Part shown: one piece after another, positions 10,477 to 19,293 of the stretch
Layout: every line of letters starts with the position of its first letter
Numbering within the stretch: position 1 is the stretch's first letter
DNA from: a virus
Length of the DNA: 64,000 nt
Reading direction: 5' to 3' (one strand)
IMG/VR virus record: IMGVR_UViG_3300041964_000014
Location: 32,001-96,000 of that record
Translations under genes and position numbers: made by a program
The notes under the pieces: model-generated
Told to the model about the DNA's origin: nothing
The model's input: the letters and a program-made list of their open reading frames with translations, nothing else
Databases searched by the model: none

Positions 10477-10844
10477 ATGGCTTCTGAAAATAGTATAACT
10501 ATCGGAGTAAGCGATGCGTTCAAAGAAAAACTACTAACCTTAGCTAAACACGAGAATAGAACACTGTCTGCGTATATTAAAAATATCTTAGAAACGCATT
10601 AAAAAAATACGAAGCTCCCGACTGGTTAGGCTTTCCTTTTGATCCTGAAGGAACATACTCTGCTCCAGTAATATCTCCAGATACTTTAGAAGAGTCCGAA
10701 ACAATAAATGCACTGAAACAAGCGCAACACATTAACAAGATTATCCAACAAGACCACCGGGCGAGTTTAGATACACTACAACAACAACTCGATACTTTGT
10801 TTGACGAGATAGCCCGCCTTAAGCAGATAGTTAGTAGTAAGTGA
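10477..10844 (+). CDS. ribbon-helix-helix (CopG/Arc-like) protein, probable one-base frameshift at ~10600
   Basis: MASENSITIGVSDAFKEKLLTLAKHENRTLSAYIKNILE to TAA 10602; another frame stays open to TGA 10844; not in the ORF track. Confidence 0.6.
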
Positions 10845-10846
10845 TC

Positions 10847-11398
10847 TTATTGTTTCGGACTCTTTGTTGATTTATTTTCTTGTTTACTAATCTGATGTTT
10901 TCTAAGCGCTTTTGCACCTAAACCGATACCTACACCTATAGCTGCTCCTACTGCAATTCTTGGGGCAGCTTTTTTAACGTGTCTAAAATAATTAGCTTTT
11001 ACTTTAACTGGTTCTTGAAAAATCTTGCGTTGATTATCGGCAAATTCTTGTTTAGCTTGTTCGGCGTAAGTACTAGCTGTCCGCTGGTCGATTCCTCCCA
11101 TCTTTAATTGATGTAACGTATCTCCATAAACCTTCATAGAGTCTTTATCGAGATCAGATAGAAAGGTTTGTCTTACTTTCTCGGCAGCTTTATTAGCATT
11201 TTCAGTGCCTTTTCTTTCTGTAAATATTCCCCTAGCTAGCTTGGGAATACCTCCTGACAAGAATGCTCCGTTTATTCCTAACCCAACAATCGCTCCAGCT
11301 CCTATAGTTTTAGCCGTTTTACGTTTACGCTTATCCTTACTACCTTTCTTTCTAGCGAATGTAGTAAGAGTATGTATGTCCGAAATAAATAGGCTCAT
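10847..11398 (-). CDS. basic glycine-zipper leader-family protein
   Basis: likely start MSLFISDIHTLTTF|ARKKGSKDKRKR at 11398. Confidence 0.75.
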   Translation of the reverse strand: MSLFISDIHTLTTFARKKGSKDKRKRKTAKTIGAGAIVGLGINGAFLSGGIPKLARGIFTERKGTENANKAAEKVRQTFLSDLDKDSMKVYGDTLHQLKMGGIDQRTASTYAEQAKQEFADNQRKIFQEPVKVKANYFRHVKKAAPRIAVGAAIGVGIGLGAKALRKHQISKQENKSTKSPKQ

Positions 11399-11425
11399 GT
11401 AATTTAAAATATATCTATTATATAT

Positions 11426-11635
11426 TTGCATACTACTATGAAACCGGATTACGTTACTAAGCTAGGTATTGTAAAACTATTAACCACTAACGGCGACTTT
11501 AAACATATAGTTAAAGTAAACGATGTATTGTATTACGATGATAAGCCTATTAATACTGATTTCTTTTATGAGGAGTTTCAACGAAACAACGAAGTGTATG
11601 TAGATAAAGACGTGTTTATAGATACGCTAAAATAG
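11426..11635 (+). CDS. small hypothetical, paralog of 11648..11881
   Basis: VKVNDVLYYDDKP...VFIDTL shared pattern. Confidence 0.55.
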   Translation: MHTTMKPDYVTKLGIVKLLTTNGDFKHIVKVNDVLYYDDKPINTDFFYEEFQRNNEVYVDKDVFIDTLK

Positions 11636-11647
11636 TAGCTAATATTA

Positions 11648-11881
11648 ATGCTAACTTATAATCCTTTAACTACGATTACTGATAGTGCACTTATCCATAC
11701 AGTACTACGTGCTAATAATGAGAAATCTAAGATTAAGTTAGTTAATGGTATTTTATTTAGAGAGAATAAACCTTTTAAGATTACTGACTACGTAACTAAC
11801 TTTAATTTATTACACGGAACTAGCATTAGTGTTGAGGTGTTTTTGGATACCCTTATACAGATTGCTAGATCTAACTCTTAG
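11648..11881 (+). CDS. small hypothetical, paralog of 11426..11635 and of the C-terminus of 14282..14785
   Basis: KLVNGILFRENKP...VEVFLDTLIQIARSN. Confidence 0.55.
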   Translation: MLTYNPLTTITDSALIHTVLRANNEKSKIKLVNGILFRENKPFKITDYVTNFNLLHGTSISVEVFLDTLIQIARSNS

Positions 11882-12669
11882 CAAATGCAATAATACACTG
11901 CTCTAATAGCATTGCTTGTTGTACAGTACTACTACTAAAACTAATCAAGTTATTAAACATACTTAAACTATTATCAGTTAATTTTTGAGCAGCTTCGGGG
12001 CTTAATTCAAACTCAAAATCATAAGGTTGTCCTATAGATTAAAACCTAGTTTACGATAAAACGATACTGCGTTAGGTAGTGCAGTTAATCGTAACTTACC
12101 ACCATATCCTTCGTTAATACTTTCTTCTATTAAATGTAGTAGTGCAGTAGTACCAGCACCAGAATACTCATTAGCATTAGTAAGCTTATTAGGGTTAGCT
12201 ACTAAGTTCTCGATATAAATAGCTTTATTTTTACTATCGTTATACACAGTAGCCATAGCCCCTACTTTGTTGTTAACACTAATACTCCTAAACTTATTAG
12301 GCTGTTTTTAATCTCGTTAGTTATATTGTCAATAATAGTACGTGTATCGTCGTAATCTACTAACTGTTGTTTAGTAGGTTTAATGTACTGTATAGTTTTA
12401 TTCCAACTAAGTAGTTCTTCTTTAGCTGCGTAATTAAACCTAGTATTATACCCACTACTTAAGTAATCGAAAGCCTTTGCTGGTTTATCTACTTTAGATA
12501 CCGTAGTTTGAGCAGTATTATGTATAACTTTTTTATTACGGCTAATTCCCCGCACACAACTACGTACAGTACGTCCTTTACGAATATAGCTATTAACACG
12601 TATTTGTTTAAGCCCCGACATCCCTACACGAAATTGTGCTGTAGTAGTTATATCACTAATAAAGAACAT
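11871..12669 (-). CDS. leader-tagged GNAT acetyltransferase (two one-base frameshifts, ~12306 and ~12040)
   Basis: MFFISDITTTAQF|R leader; YIENLVANP...YSGAGTTAL...LTALPNAVSFYRKLGF GNAT motifs A/B; frames join at short A-runs. Confidence 0.7.
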
Positions 12670-12676
12670 ACACTTA

Positions 12677-13132
12677 TTATTTCGGACGTTTTATTTCGTA
12701 TTTATTAACCATATGCTTACCCGCATTGTATTGCTTAATTTCTTTACGTCTCGATAAGTATTTGCTAACCCCTAGAGCAACTCCTAATCCGGCTCCAGCT
12801 ACAGCGGCTTTAGGAGCGATATGTTTTCCAGCTTTAACAACCAAATCTTTCATATCTTTTGGAGAGATTTGTAACTTAACATTTTGTTTTTTAGCTTGGG
12901 ACATACCTTGCGCTAATGCTAATCCGGTTAAACCTGCTGTGCCGACTACAGCTCCCGTTGCTGCACCTACCACAGTTCTCTTTATTACAGGCTCCCTCAG
13001 TGTGACATTACGTTTACCTGTCTTAGTATTAAGTTCTCCCTTAAGAAATTTATTCAACTTACTTTGTCTTTTCTTTTTATCTTTAGAACCTTTTTTACGG
13101 GCAAACTGAGCTACATCGCTGAGGTAATACAT
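12677..13132 (-). CDS. basic glycine-zipper leader-family protein
   Basis: likely start MYYLSDVAQF|ARKKGSKDKKKR at 13132. Confidence 0.75.
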   Translation of the reverse strand: MYYLSDVAQFARKKGSKDKKKRQSKLNKFLKGELNTKTGKRNVTLREPVIKRTVVGAATGAVVGTAGLTGLALAQGMSQAKKQNVKLQISPKDMKDLVVKAGKHIAPKAAVAGAGLGVALGVSKYLSRRKEIKQYNAGKHMVNKYEIKRPK

Positions 13133-13351
13133 AGAAGTTACACAAGCACTATTATTACTAATTAGTTTAACACTGCACACAGTTTAACTTAATCTAGCGT
13201 AGTAGTTGGGAAGATACATAGTTGTTACACAGTAATAAAGGGAGTCACCACAATATACGTTTATTATGCCCAGACCCTGATTTTTGTAGATTTCTGTGAT
13301 TATCACTAAATATATATTATAATAAACCTAGTACCGTGATAATGTATATAT

Positions 13352-14281
13352 ATGTTAGAACCTAGTTATAGCTTTAGTTTCGATGACGATTTAAAGTTAT
13401 CATATGCATATGAAATAACAATGTTAGACGCTAATATTTCGGGTAGTGAATTGTTAGGCGGATTATTTCCTCGAGGAAAAGTAAGCAGCTTAGTAGCTGA
13501 AGGCGGAGTAGGGAAAACTTTTGTGCTGGTAGCTAGTAGTTTGGCTGTCACTAGCAATCAACCGTTTTTACCAGATTCGGATAGTACCAACCAGCTCAAA
13601 GTATTACTAATAGATACGGAAGGCAGATTAAGGGAGTTTGTTAGACGTGTAGATATATTCAACGGTAATCGAGCTAACTACTACACTCCTAAGCATCCTC
13701 TAGAAATATGTACCTTTTCTAACGAAACAGATAGAGTAGTAATCGAAAAGACAATAGTAGCTAAAGACATTGGGTTAGTTATAGTAGATAGTTTTGCTGG
13801 TTTTAGTAATGTAGACGAAAATACTAATGCAGTATTGCCCGCACTACAATGGCTTAGTAGTTTAGCACTTAAATACAATACTGCAATTGTATTTACTCAA
13901 TTAGTTAATAAGTCCGAAAACAAAAATAACCGAATTACAACTAAAAGTGTTAGGGGATTTAGTGGTATTACACAATGGTGTGAAATGGTATGGGCATTAG
14001 ACAAACCTACTGCCGATAAAACTATGCGGAGATTGTATCAGATTAAAAATAACGTTACAGAAGAAGATCCCACTGATTATTTATTTAAGATTCAAAACAA
14101 TCAGATACTATGGCAAACAACGAATAACACTACTAAACATCAGAGGCGTTTTGAATTAATGAGTAATAATCCTAAACTGTCTAATAAGGAAATTGCTAAA
14201 CTAATTCAACAAGAAGAACCCGATATGAAATTAGGAAGTATTGAAATGTGGATAAGCCGTAATCGTAATAAGAGTAACTAG
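13352..14281 (+). CDS. RecA-fold AAA_25 (RepA-like) ATPase/helicase
   Basis: Walker A AEGGVGKT, LLIDTEG, Walker B LVIVDS, RGFSG motif. Confidence 0.8.
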   Translation: MLEPSYSFSFDDDLKLSYAYEITMLDANISGSELLGGLFPRGKVSSLVAEGGVGKTFVLVASSLAVTSNQPFLPDSDSTNQLKVLLIDTEGRLREFVRRVDIFNGNRANYYTPKHPLEICTFSNETDRVVIEKTIVAKDIGLVIVDSFAGFSNVDENTNAVLPALQWLSSLALKYNTAIVFTQLVNKSENKNNRITTKSVRGFSGITQWCEMVWALDKPTADKTMRRLYQIKNNVTEEDPTDYLFKIQNNQILWQTTNNTTKHQRRFELMSNNPKLSNKEIAKLIQQEEPDMKLGSIEMWISRNRNKSN

Positions 14282-14785
14282 ATGATCTACTTTATAACAG
14301 AAGAAGGTAATTTAGATTATATTAAAATAGGTTTTACAGATAATGAGGATGTTAGGTTACGTATTGCTACTTTACAAACAGGTAATCCACGTAAACTAAT
14401 ATTAGTAAAAGCTATTGAAGGTACGTATGAACATGAACAAGCCCTACATTTGTTATTTGCTAATGATAAGATAAGGGGTGAGTGGTTTATTTACTCAGAA
14501 GATATTAAACGGTATTTAGCCACAACTCCAGATCTACCTCCATATAGAAAACCATATCAAAAGCTTGGATTAACTGCGACTATTATGTTAATGGAGGAAC
14601 TTAATATACATACTCTGTACACATACCACTACGGACTTAAATCAGTACTTGTAGATGGCAGACCCTTAGATCCTAAATTCGATAGTATGGATTTTAGATA
14701 TAAGAGTAAAGTAGAAGTTAGCTATAGAGTATTCCATGAAGCTTGCGAGTATTGGGCAATAAAAAATACGCCAAAGACTGAGTAA
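14282..14785 (+). CDS. T5orf172/MUG113 (GIY-YIG-like) domain protein
   Basis: IYFI...IKIGFT...RIATLQTGNP...EQALH...RGEWF. Confidence 0.85.
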   Translation: MIYFITEEGNLDYIKIGFTDNEDVRLRIATLQTGNPRKLILVKAIEGTYEHEQALHLLFANDKIRGEWFIYSEDIKRYLATTPDLPPYRKPYQKLGLTATIMLMEELNIHTLYTYHYGLKSVLVDGRPLDPKFDSMDFRYKSKVEVSYRVFHEACEYWAIKNTPKTE

Positions 14786-14814
14786 CTTAAAGTTATTACT
14801 AATTATTTCGGATA

Positions 14815-14847
14815 GACCTTCTTTAGTTATACGGGAGGTTTTTTTTT
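14815..14847. terminator. probable intrinsic terminator between convergent genes
   Basis: accttct...gggaggt stem followed by a long T run. Confidence 0.5.
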
Positions 14848-16459
14848 AATTAAACAAACTCGTATAATAAGTCCCACTACTATTAATCAACCGCACATCA
14901 AACAAATCAATAGGCGATTCCACTCGATTCGCTTCCGCCTCAATAGTCGTATATTGCTTCAACGTTTGCCCATACTTCGCCAAATACAGTAGTGCATAAG
15001 CTGTCGAATCCACGGCATCATCGTGTTTAGCTTTTGGGAACATTAGTAACTCATTCTTGAATTCCCGCACCCAACTCTTGCCTTTATTCGATGGCGCAGG
15101 AAAATATATATTACCAGCCTCAAATTCAGGTGTACAAGCTATAAAGCGACTTTCTTTGTCACCTCCATAATCTTTAGGCTCCATTGGTATTAAGCCGCTC
15201 ACATGACGTTGCAAGGTATCTATAGCCGCCTGTCCATTGCTTTTCTTTTCAATTAGTATTGCCCTAATCTCTGGATACTTCAACTTAAAAGAAACAATAG
15301 CCTCAATCTGTTGTGGGAATGTTAGTTTTGCCCTAATACAATCTACCAAGTATCTCCGACTACCGACTTTGCCCCACACAGTTCCGACACAATAGTCATT
15401 CTTATTACTATTAGCTAAATCCCACGACGCTACCAATATGTCGAAATGATCTGGGAGTCCCGCATCAGAATACTCATTTATTTGTTCGGACTTGACATAC
15501 CCCCCACCTTTCGGGACTGGTTGTTGTTGGAACTGGCTAGCCCATCTCCATTCACCTTTACGTTTTTCTTTAGCTACCGTTTCCTCACTCATTAGGTTGG
15601 GGGCTAATAACTCTCCCGGTTCACGGCGGGGATCTTCAAAGCCTAGCGAAGTAGTATAAGTACGCTCCGGATCGTATTCAATTGGTAGTGCAAAGTAATC
15701 CCAACCACTATCCTGCGACAACACACGCCCAATTAAATCGTCTTCTGCCAGTCTCTGATGCACAATCAACTGTGTAAAGGTCTCAGGAGTCTCCCAACGT
15801 GACGACATAGTATCGAAGTACCAATCACTCACTTTGTCTTTAGATACCCTTGAATGAGCTTCTAGAGCTTTGTGGGGGTCATCTATGATTAGTGTGCGAC
15901 AACCTTCTCCCGTACCTTTACCTTCAATAGATGTGGCTAATCTAAAGCCTCCTTTATCGTTTTCATAGCGAGACTTTTGGTTAGTATCGTGCCGCAGTTT
16001 AAATAATCGTCCCCACCTGTTTTGAAACCATGTTGTATTAATTAATCTACGGCTAGCTACTGCATCTCGCACAACCAAACTTTCACCATAACTCGCGGTA
16101 ATAAAAGTATGTGTAGCATCTTGTATCCAGCACCATACCGGAAACGCCACACTACATATTGTGGATTTTGCATGACGTGGACTTACGGCTATGGCTAGTT
16201 TTTCAATTTGGCGAGTACGTAATGCCATTAAGTGTTCACAAATGGCATCTACGTACCAGTTCTCTTTAAACTCCCCTCGTGCTATGTGTTGCCAGCTAGC
16301 TACTAGAAAATGATATAAATTAGCTTCTGCTAGTATTGTTAATTCTTCTTCTAGTAATACCTCTAATTCCGATTCTTCGTTAGTACTGTTATTTTCTAAC
16401 TTAGCTATTTCAGCTTCAATTAGTTGTAGTTCTTTTAATAACGCATCTTTACTAGCCAT
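14846..16459 (-). CDS. terL: terminase large subunit
   Basis: SPRHAKST Walker A, LIIDDPH Walker B, QRLAEDDL, SWD...DY and HDDAVDS RNase H-like nuclease motifs. Confidence 0.95.
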   Translation of the reverse strand: MASKDALLKELQLIEAEIAKLENNSTNEESELEVLLEEELTILAEANLYHFLVASWQHIARGEFKENWYVDAICEHLMALRTRQIEKLAIAVSPRHAKSTICSVAFPVWCWIQDATHTFITASYGESLVVRDAVASRRLINTTWFQNRWGRLFKLRHDTNQKSRYENDKGGFRLATSIEGKGTGEGCRTLIIDDPHKALEAHSRVSKDKVSDWYFDTMSSRWETPETFTQLIVHQRLAEDDLIGRVLSQDSGWDYFALPIEYDPERTYTTSLGFEDPRREPGELLAPNLMSEETVAKEKRKGEWRWASQFQQQPVPKGGGYVKSEQINEYSDAGLPDHFDILVASWDLANSNKNDYCVGTVWGKVGSRRYLVDCIRAKLTFPQQIEAIVSFKLKYPEIRAILIEKKSNGQAAIDTLQRHVSGLIPMEPKDYGGDKESRFIACTPEFEAGNIYFPAPSNKGKSWVREFKNELLMFPKAKHDDAVDSTAYALLYLAKYGQTLKQYTTIEAEANRVESPIDLFDVRLINSSGTYYTSLFN

Positions 16460-16461
16460 AA

Positions 16462-17283
16462 TTAATTAGATACCTTCATTAAACTACCCAATTTATCCAA
16501 CACTTTAATAAAGATGTTAGTACTCTCAATATGTGGCACTAAATGGCTTTCAATTGTTGCCACTAATTCCTCAATCTTACGGTTAATACTACGTACTTTA
16601 TCCAAGCTATTGTATTGAACAAATACAGCCCCAATATCTCGTTCTTCTTTGTCTACATTACCTCGCAACAAAAAACAGTAGTATCCTTCCACACCCATAC
16701 GTAACATACGTTGTTTACTAGTACTACTATTTTTAGAATCTCCAAAACTATTAGGGGTTATAAATACATAGTTTGTGGGTAGTAATTCCTGAAACTCCTC
16801 GTTATCATAAGCTTTCTTTTTTACTAGTGCCAAATCTTCGGCATACAAACTAAGCGGTATTTCCCTCAAATTAAACGCTACTGTAGCTACCCCATTATCT
16901 ACTGTTTCATGTGTGATAGTTAGTTTGCTATAAGAGTATCCCCCGTAATAGTTCTGCCCGTTATGAAACTGAGCAATTAATACGCGACTAGCACAGCTTT
17001 CAGCTAGTATACGCCCCAACAGTGAATTGATATGGTGTTCTGTTTCGACAGGTAGTGCCAACGATCTTTTGGCTGCCGATAACTTTGGTTGCAATATGTT
17101 TTTACTTACCCAACCCAACACCAACAGCGAAACTAACCCTAGCGTTTGTCCCCCCACAACTATTAACTTGTCTTTGATTGGGGCATCGTCTTGTGAATTT
17201 GGTGGTACTGTTATAACAGAAGCCCCGCTTTTGTCTTGTTTAATTATATTGGTGTTGTCATTCGCTAATATCATTTGGCTCAC
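16462..17283 (-). CDS. single-TM protein with GAF-like domain (possible T4 gpT-like holin)
   Basis: one hydrophobic helix then SRVLIAQFHNG...KLTITHETVDNGV...IGAVFVQY; holin call is inference. Confidence 0.4.
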   Translation of the reverse strand: MSQMILANDNTNIIKQDKSGASVITVPPNSQDDAPIKDKLIVVGGQTLGLVSLLVLGWVSKNILQPKLSAAKRSLALPVETEHHINSLLGRILAESCASRVLIAQFHNGQNYYGGYSYSKLTITHETVDNGVATVAFNLREIPLSLYAEDLALVKKKAYDNEEFQELLPTNYVFITPNSFGDSKNSSTSKQRMLRMGVEGYYCFLLRGNVDKEERDIGAVFVQYNSLDKVRSINRKIEELVATIESHLVPHIESTNIFIKVLDKLGSLMKVSN

Positions 17284-17998
17284 TTAAATCCTGCATTTGT
17301 GATTCTATTTGACGTTTTTTCTTCATCAAGTCTTCCAACACCGATTGGCGACTTTCCACTGATTTTAATAAGTTATTAATACGTTGTTTACCTTGTTTTT
17401 TACCTGCTTTCTTATTGTTTTCGGCTTGCTCTAATTGTTGCAATTCTAATAGCTCATTGACAATCTTTTCAGCGTTTATAGGTTCTCCCATTATATTTCG
17501 GACTAGTGTATGCCCTTTACTAATTAGTCCTATAGCAGCCTCCAAGTCTTTGATTTTATGCGAACGAGCAAATGGGGATGCCTGAGTAATATCTTCTTCC
17601 CCCGTTGTATCGGATAACAATGCTTCGGTGTCTAGCCATATATCTAATTGCTCGTATATCTTATCGAGCAGTATAAGGTTTTTAGCGTCGTAACGAGCGC
17701 TTTCACTCATTAGTGAGTTGACTTTTTCTTGCCCAATACGTCGCTTGATTTTTTGCTTGTACAGCTCCCTACGTTCTACCCATTTCTCTGTACGACATTT
17801 CTCAGCTAACCGCCTTACATCTATTTCGTATTTCTTAGCTAAATCAGCTTGAGAAGGGAAATACATATTGCGGGTGCCTGTATTGCTGTCTACTGTTATG
17901 CATCCGTGTATGTATTCTGCTTCGATGCTTAACCAGTCTATCTGACGCCGTGTAGACGCTGATCCTGGTTTGTGCTGTATCTGTCGGATATCGTGCAT
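17258..17998 (-). CDS. terS: probable terminase small subunit
   Basis: IDWLSIEAEYIHG...SQADLAKKYEI...EKWVERR HTH pattern; upstream of terL. Confidence 0.65.
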   Translation of the reverse strand: MHDIRQIQHKPGSASTRRQIDWLSIEAEYIHGCITVDSNTGTRNMYFPSQADLAKKYEIDVRRLAEKCRTEKWVERRELYKQKIKRRIGQEKVNSLMSESARYDAKNLILLDKIYEQLDIWLDTEALLSDTTGEEDITQASPFARSHKIKDLEAAIGLISKGHTLVRNIMGEPINAEKIVNELLELQQLEQAENNKKAGKKQGKQRINNLLKSVESRQSVLEDLMKKKRQIESQMQDLSEPNDISE

Positions 17999-18383
17999 AA
18001 GTGTATATTGTGAAATACTGTTTATATACTGTTATTTTAGTGTAGTTTGATGTGGATTGATATAGGTACTGTTCTTGTGGAAAACGTTACCCCCAATAAC
18101 GTAGAATACCACACAGGCTAAAACGTATACACCGTATACCTTACACCAATTCAACAACACCAGTGACAAAGCAGGGGGTGAAAGGTATTCTATATACATG
18201 GCGAGGGAATGGCTCTCGTAGCGCGTCGGTCGGTTACTTCCCCTTAATGGTAGGGGTATATACAGTAACCTTAATTACCCACTATGGTGATTAATTTAGT
18301 TGCTCTTAACTCAGCTATCTGTATATCAGTTAGTTGTATTGAGTGCAATGCACTCTCTTACCCTGTTTATCGAGGTTTTTATC
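17999..18383. promoter_or_regulatory. divergent control region between the packaging module (minus) and the early module (plus)
   Basis: major strand switch; non-coding; several short imperfect palindromes. Confidence 0.5.
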
Positions 18384-19136
18384 ATGTCTGATTTTACTTT
18401 TCCCACAATTCAGATTACTTGTGTTGATACTAATCTAGTTGTCCCAGTCGAGACTAAACTGGCTAAAGGCAAGTTAGAAGACGTTTTCTACCGTATCGAG
18501 TTAGTGCGTGATTTTCCCACGTTAAGCATTGGTATATCATTAGGCACTCAATCCACCCAAACACCCGAAAAAGGCAAGCCCGGTTACAAAGTCAAGGGTA
18601 CTAAGTACGTTGACTACTCACCGCTTATCGTTTACTCTTTCGATAAGCAAATGCAACCTAGCATTGATAAGTTCGATTTACTCGACCAATCCCCATCAGT
18701 GGACGGCTCAACAGTGTATATATATACAAATGACAATAAGAAGGAAGCCCGCGACTACCCCAATCACTTAGACCTGATTAACTCACATATCCTACCTATG
18801 GCTGTGAGATTGCTGTTTAATCCGAAATACATAGGTGCCAGGTTCTCTAGTTGGCTATACGTCGGCTTAAAGCTTATCACCCTCATTACTGAGAGAATTG
18901 ACAAGACAGAGGATAACGGCTTTATTAAGACACTACAACCAATCACACAAGAAGCACTGTTTGAAGCGGTTACCAGTGCCCAGAGTGAATTACACAGTGC
19001 TAAAGCATACGTTACCGAGACTCATACAAAGATTGCTGAATCAATCCGTAGCAAGCAGAAGCAGTTACCTAATGTACCCGCTACCGTGACTGTTGAAGCT
19101 GAAGTTAAACCAGTTATATCAACAGAAACCAAGTAA
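18384..19136 (+). CDS. hypothetical protein, first gene of the plus-strand module
   Basis: ATG 18384 with GAGG RBS inside ORF 18300..19136. Confidence 0.7.
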   Translation: MSDFTFPTIQITCVDTNLVVPVETKLAKGKLEDVFYRIELVRDFPTLSIGISLGTQSTQTPEKGKPGYKVKGTKYVDYSPLIVYSFDKQMQPSIDKFDLLDQSPSVDGSTVYIYTNDNKKEARDYPNHLDLINSHILPMAVRLLFNPKYIGARFSSWLYVGLKLITLITERIDKTEDNGFIKTLQPITQEALFEAVTSAQSELHSAKAYVTETHTKIAESIRSKQKQLPNVPATVTVEAEVKPVISTETK

Positions 19137-19145
19137 CGTGTACTA

Positions 19146-19204
19146 GTCCGAAACAATAAGAGGCGAGGCGGCTCAAATGTCACTTACCCTTATTGATTTC
19201 GGAC
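19146..19204. repeat. inverted pair of the GTCCGAAA motif
   Basis: gtccgaaacaataag ... cttattgatttcggac. Confidence 0.9.
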
Positions 19205-19293
19205 AGCATCCCGTCTCTATCTTTCCTTTCACGGATAGATAGACAGGGGATAAATGCCTCTAACACACAGTACTCTAATGGTGAGTAACACAA

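Noticed and set aside
190-13109. Plus-strand Pro/Ala-rich ORFs (190..516, 2692..2937, 4847..5134, 5375..5578, 6843..7163, 8001..8321, 11205..11402, 12726..13109)
   Set aside because: Antisense shadows of Gly/Ala-rich minus-strand genes, with no RBS or motifs.
162-13132. Glycine-zipper proteins as bacteriocin/RiPP precursors modified by the ThiF
   Set aside because: No double-glycine leader or transporter, 20 kb away from ThiF, and embedded among head morphogenesis genes; virion cargo is the simpler reading.
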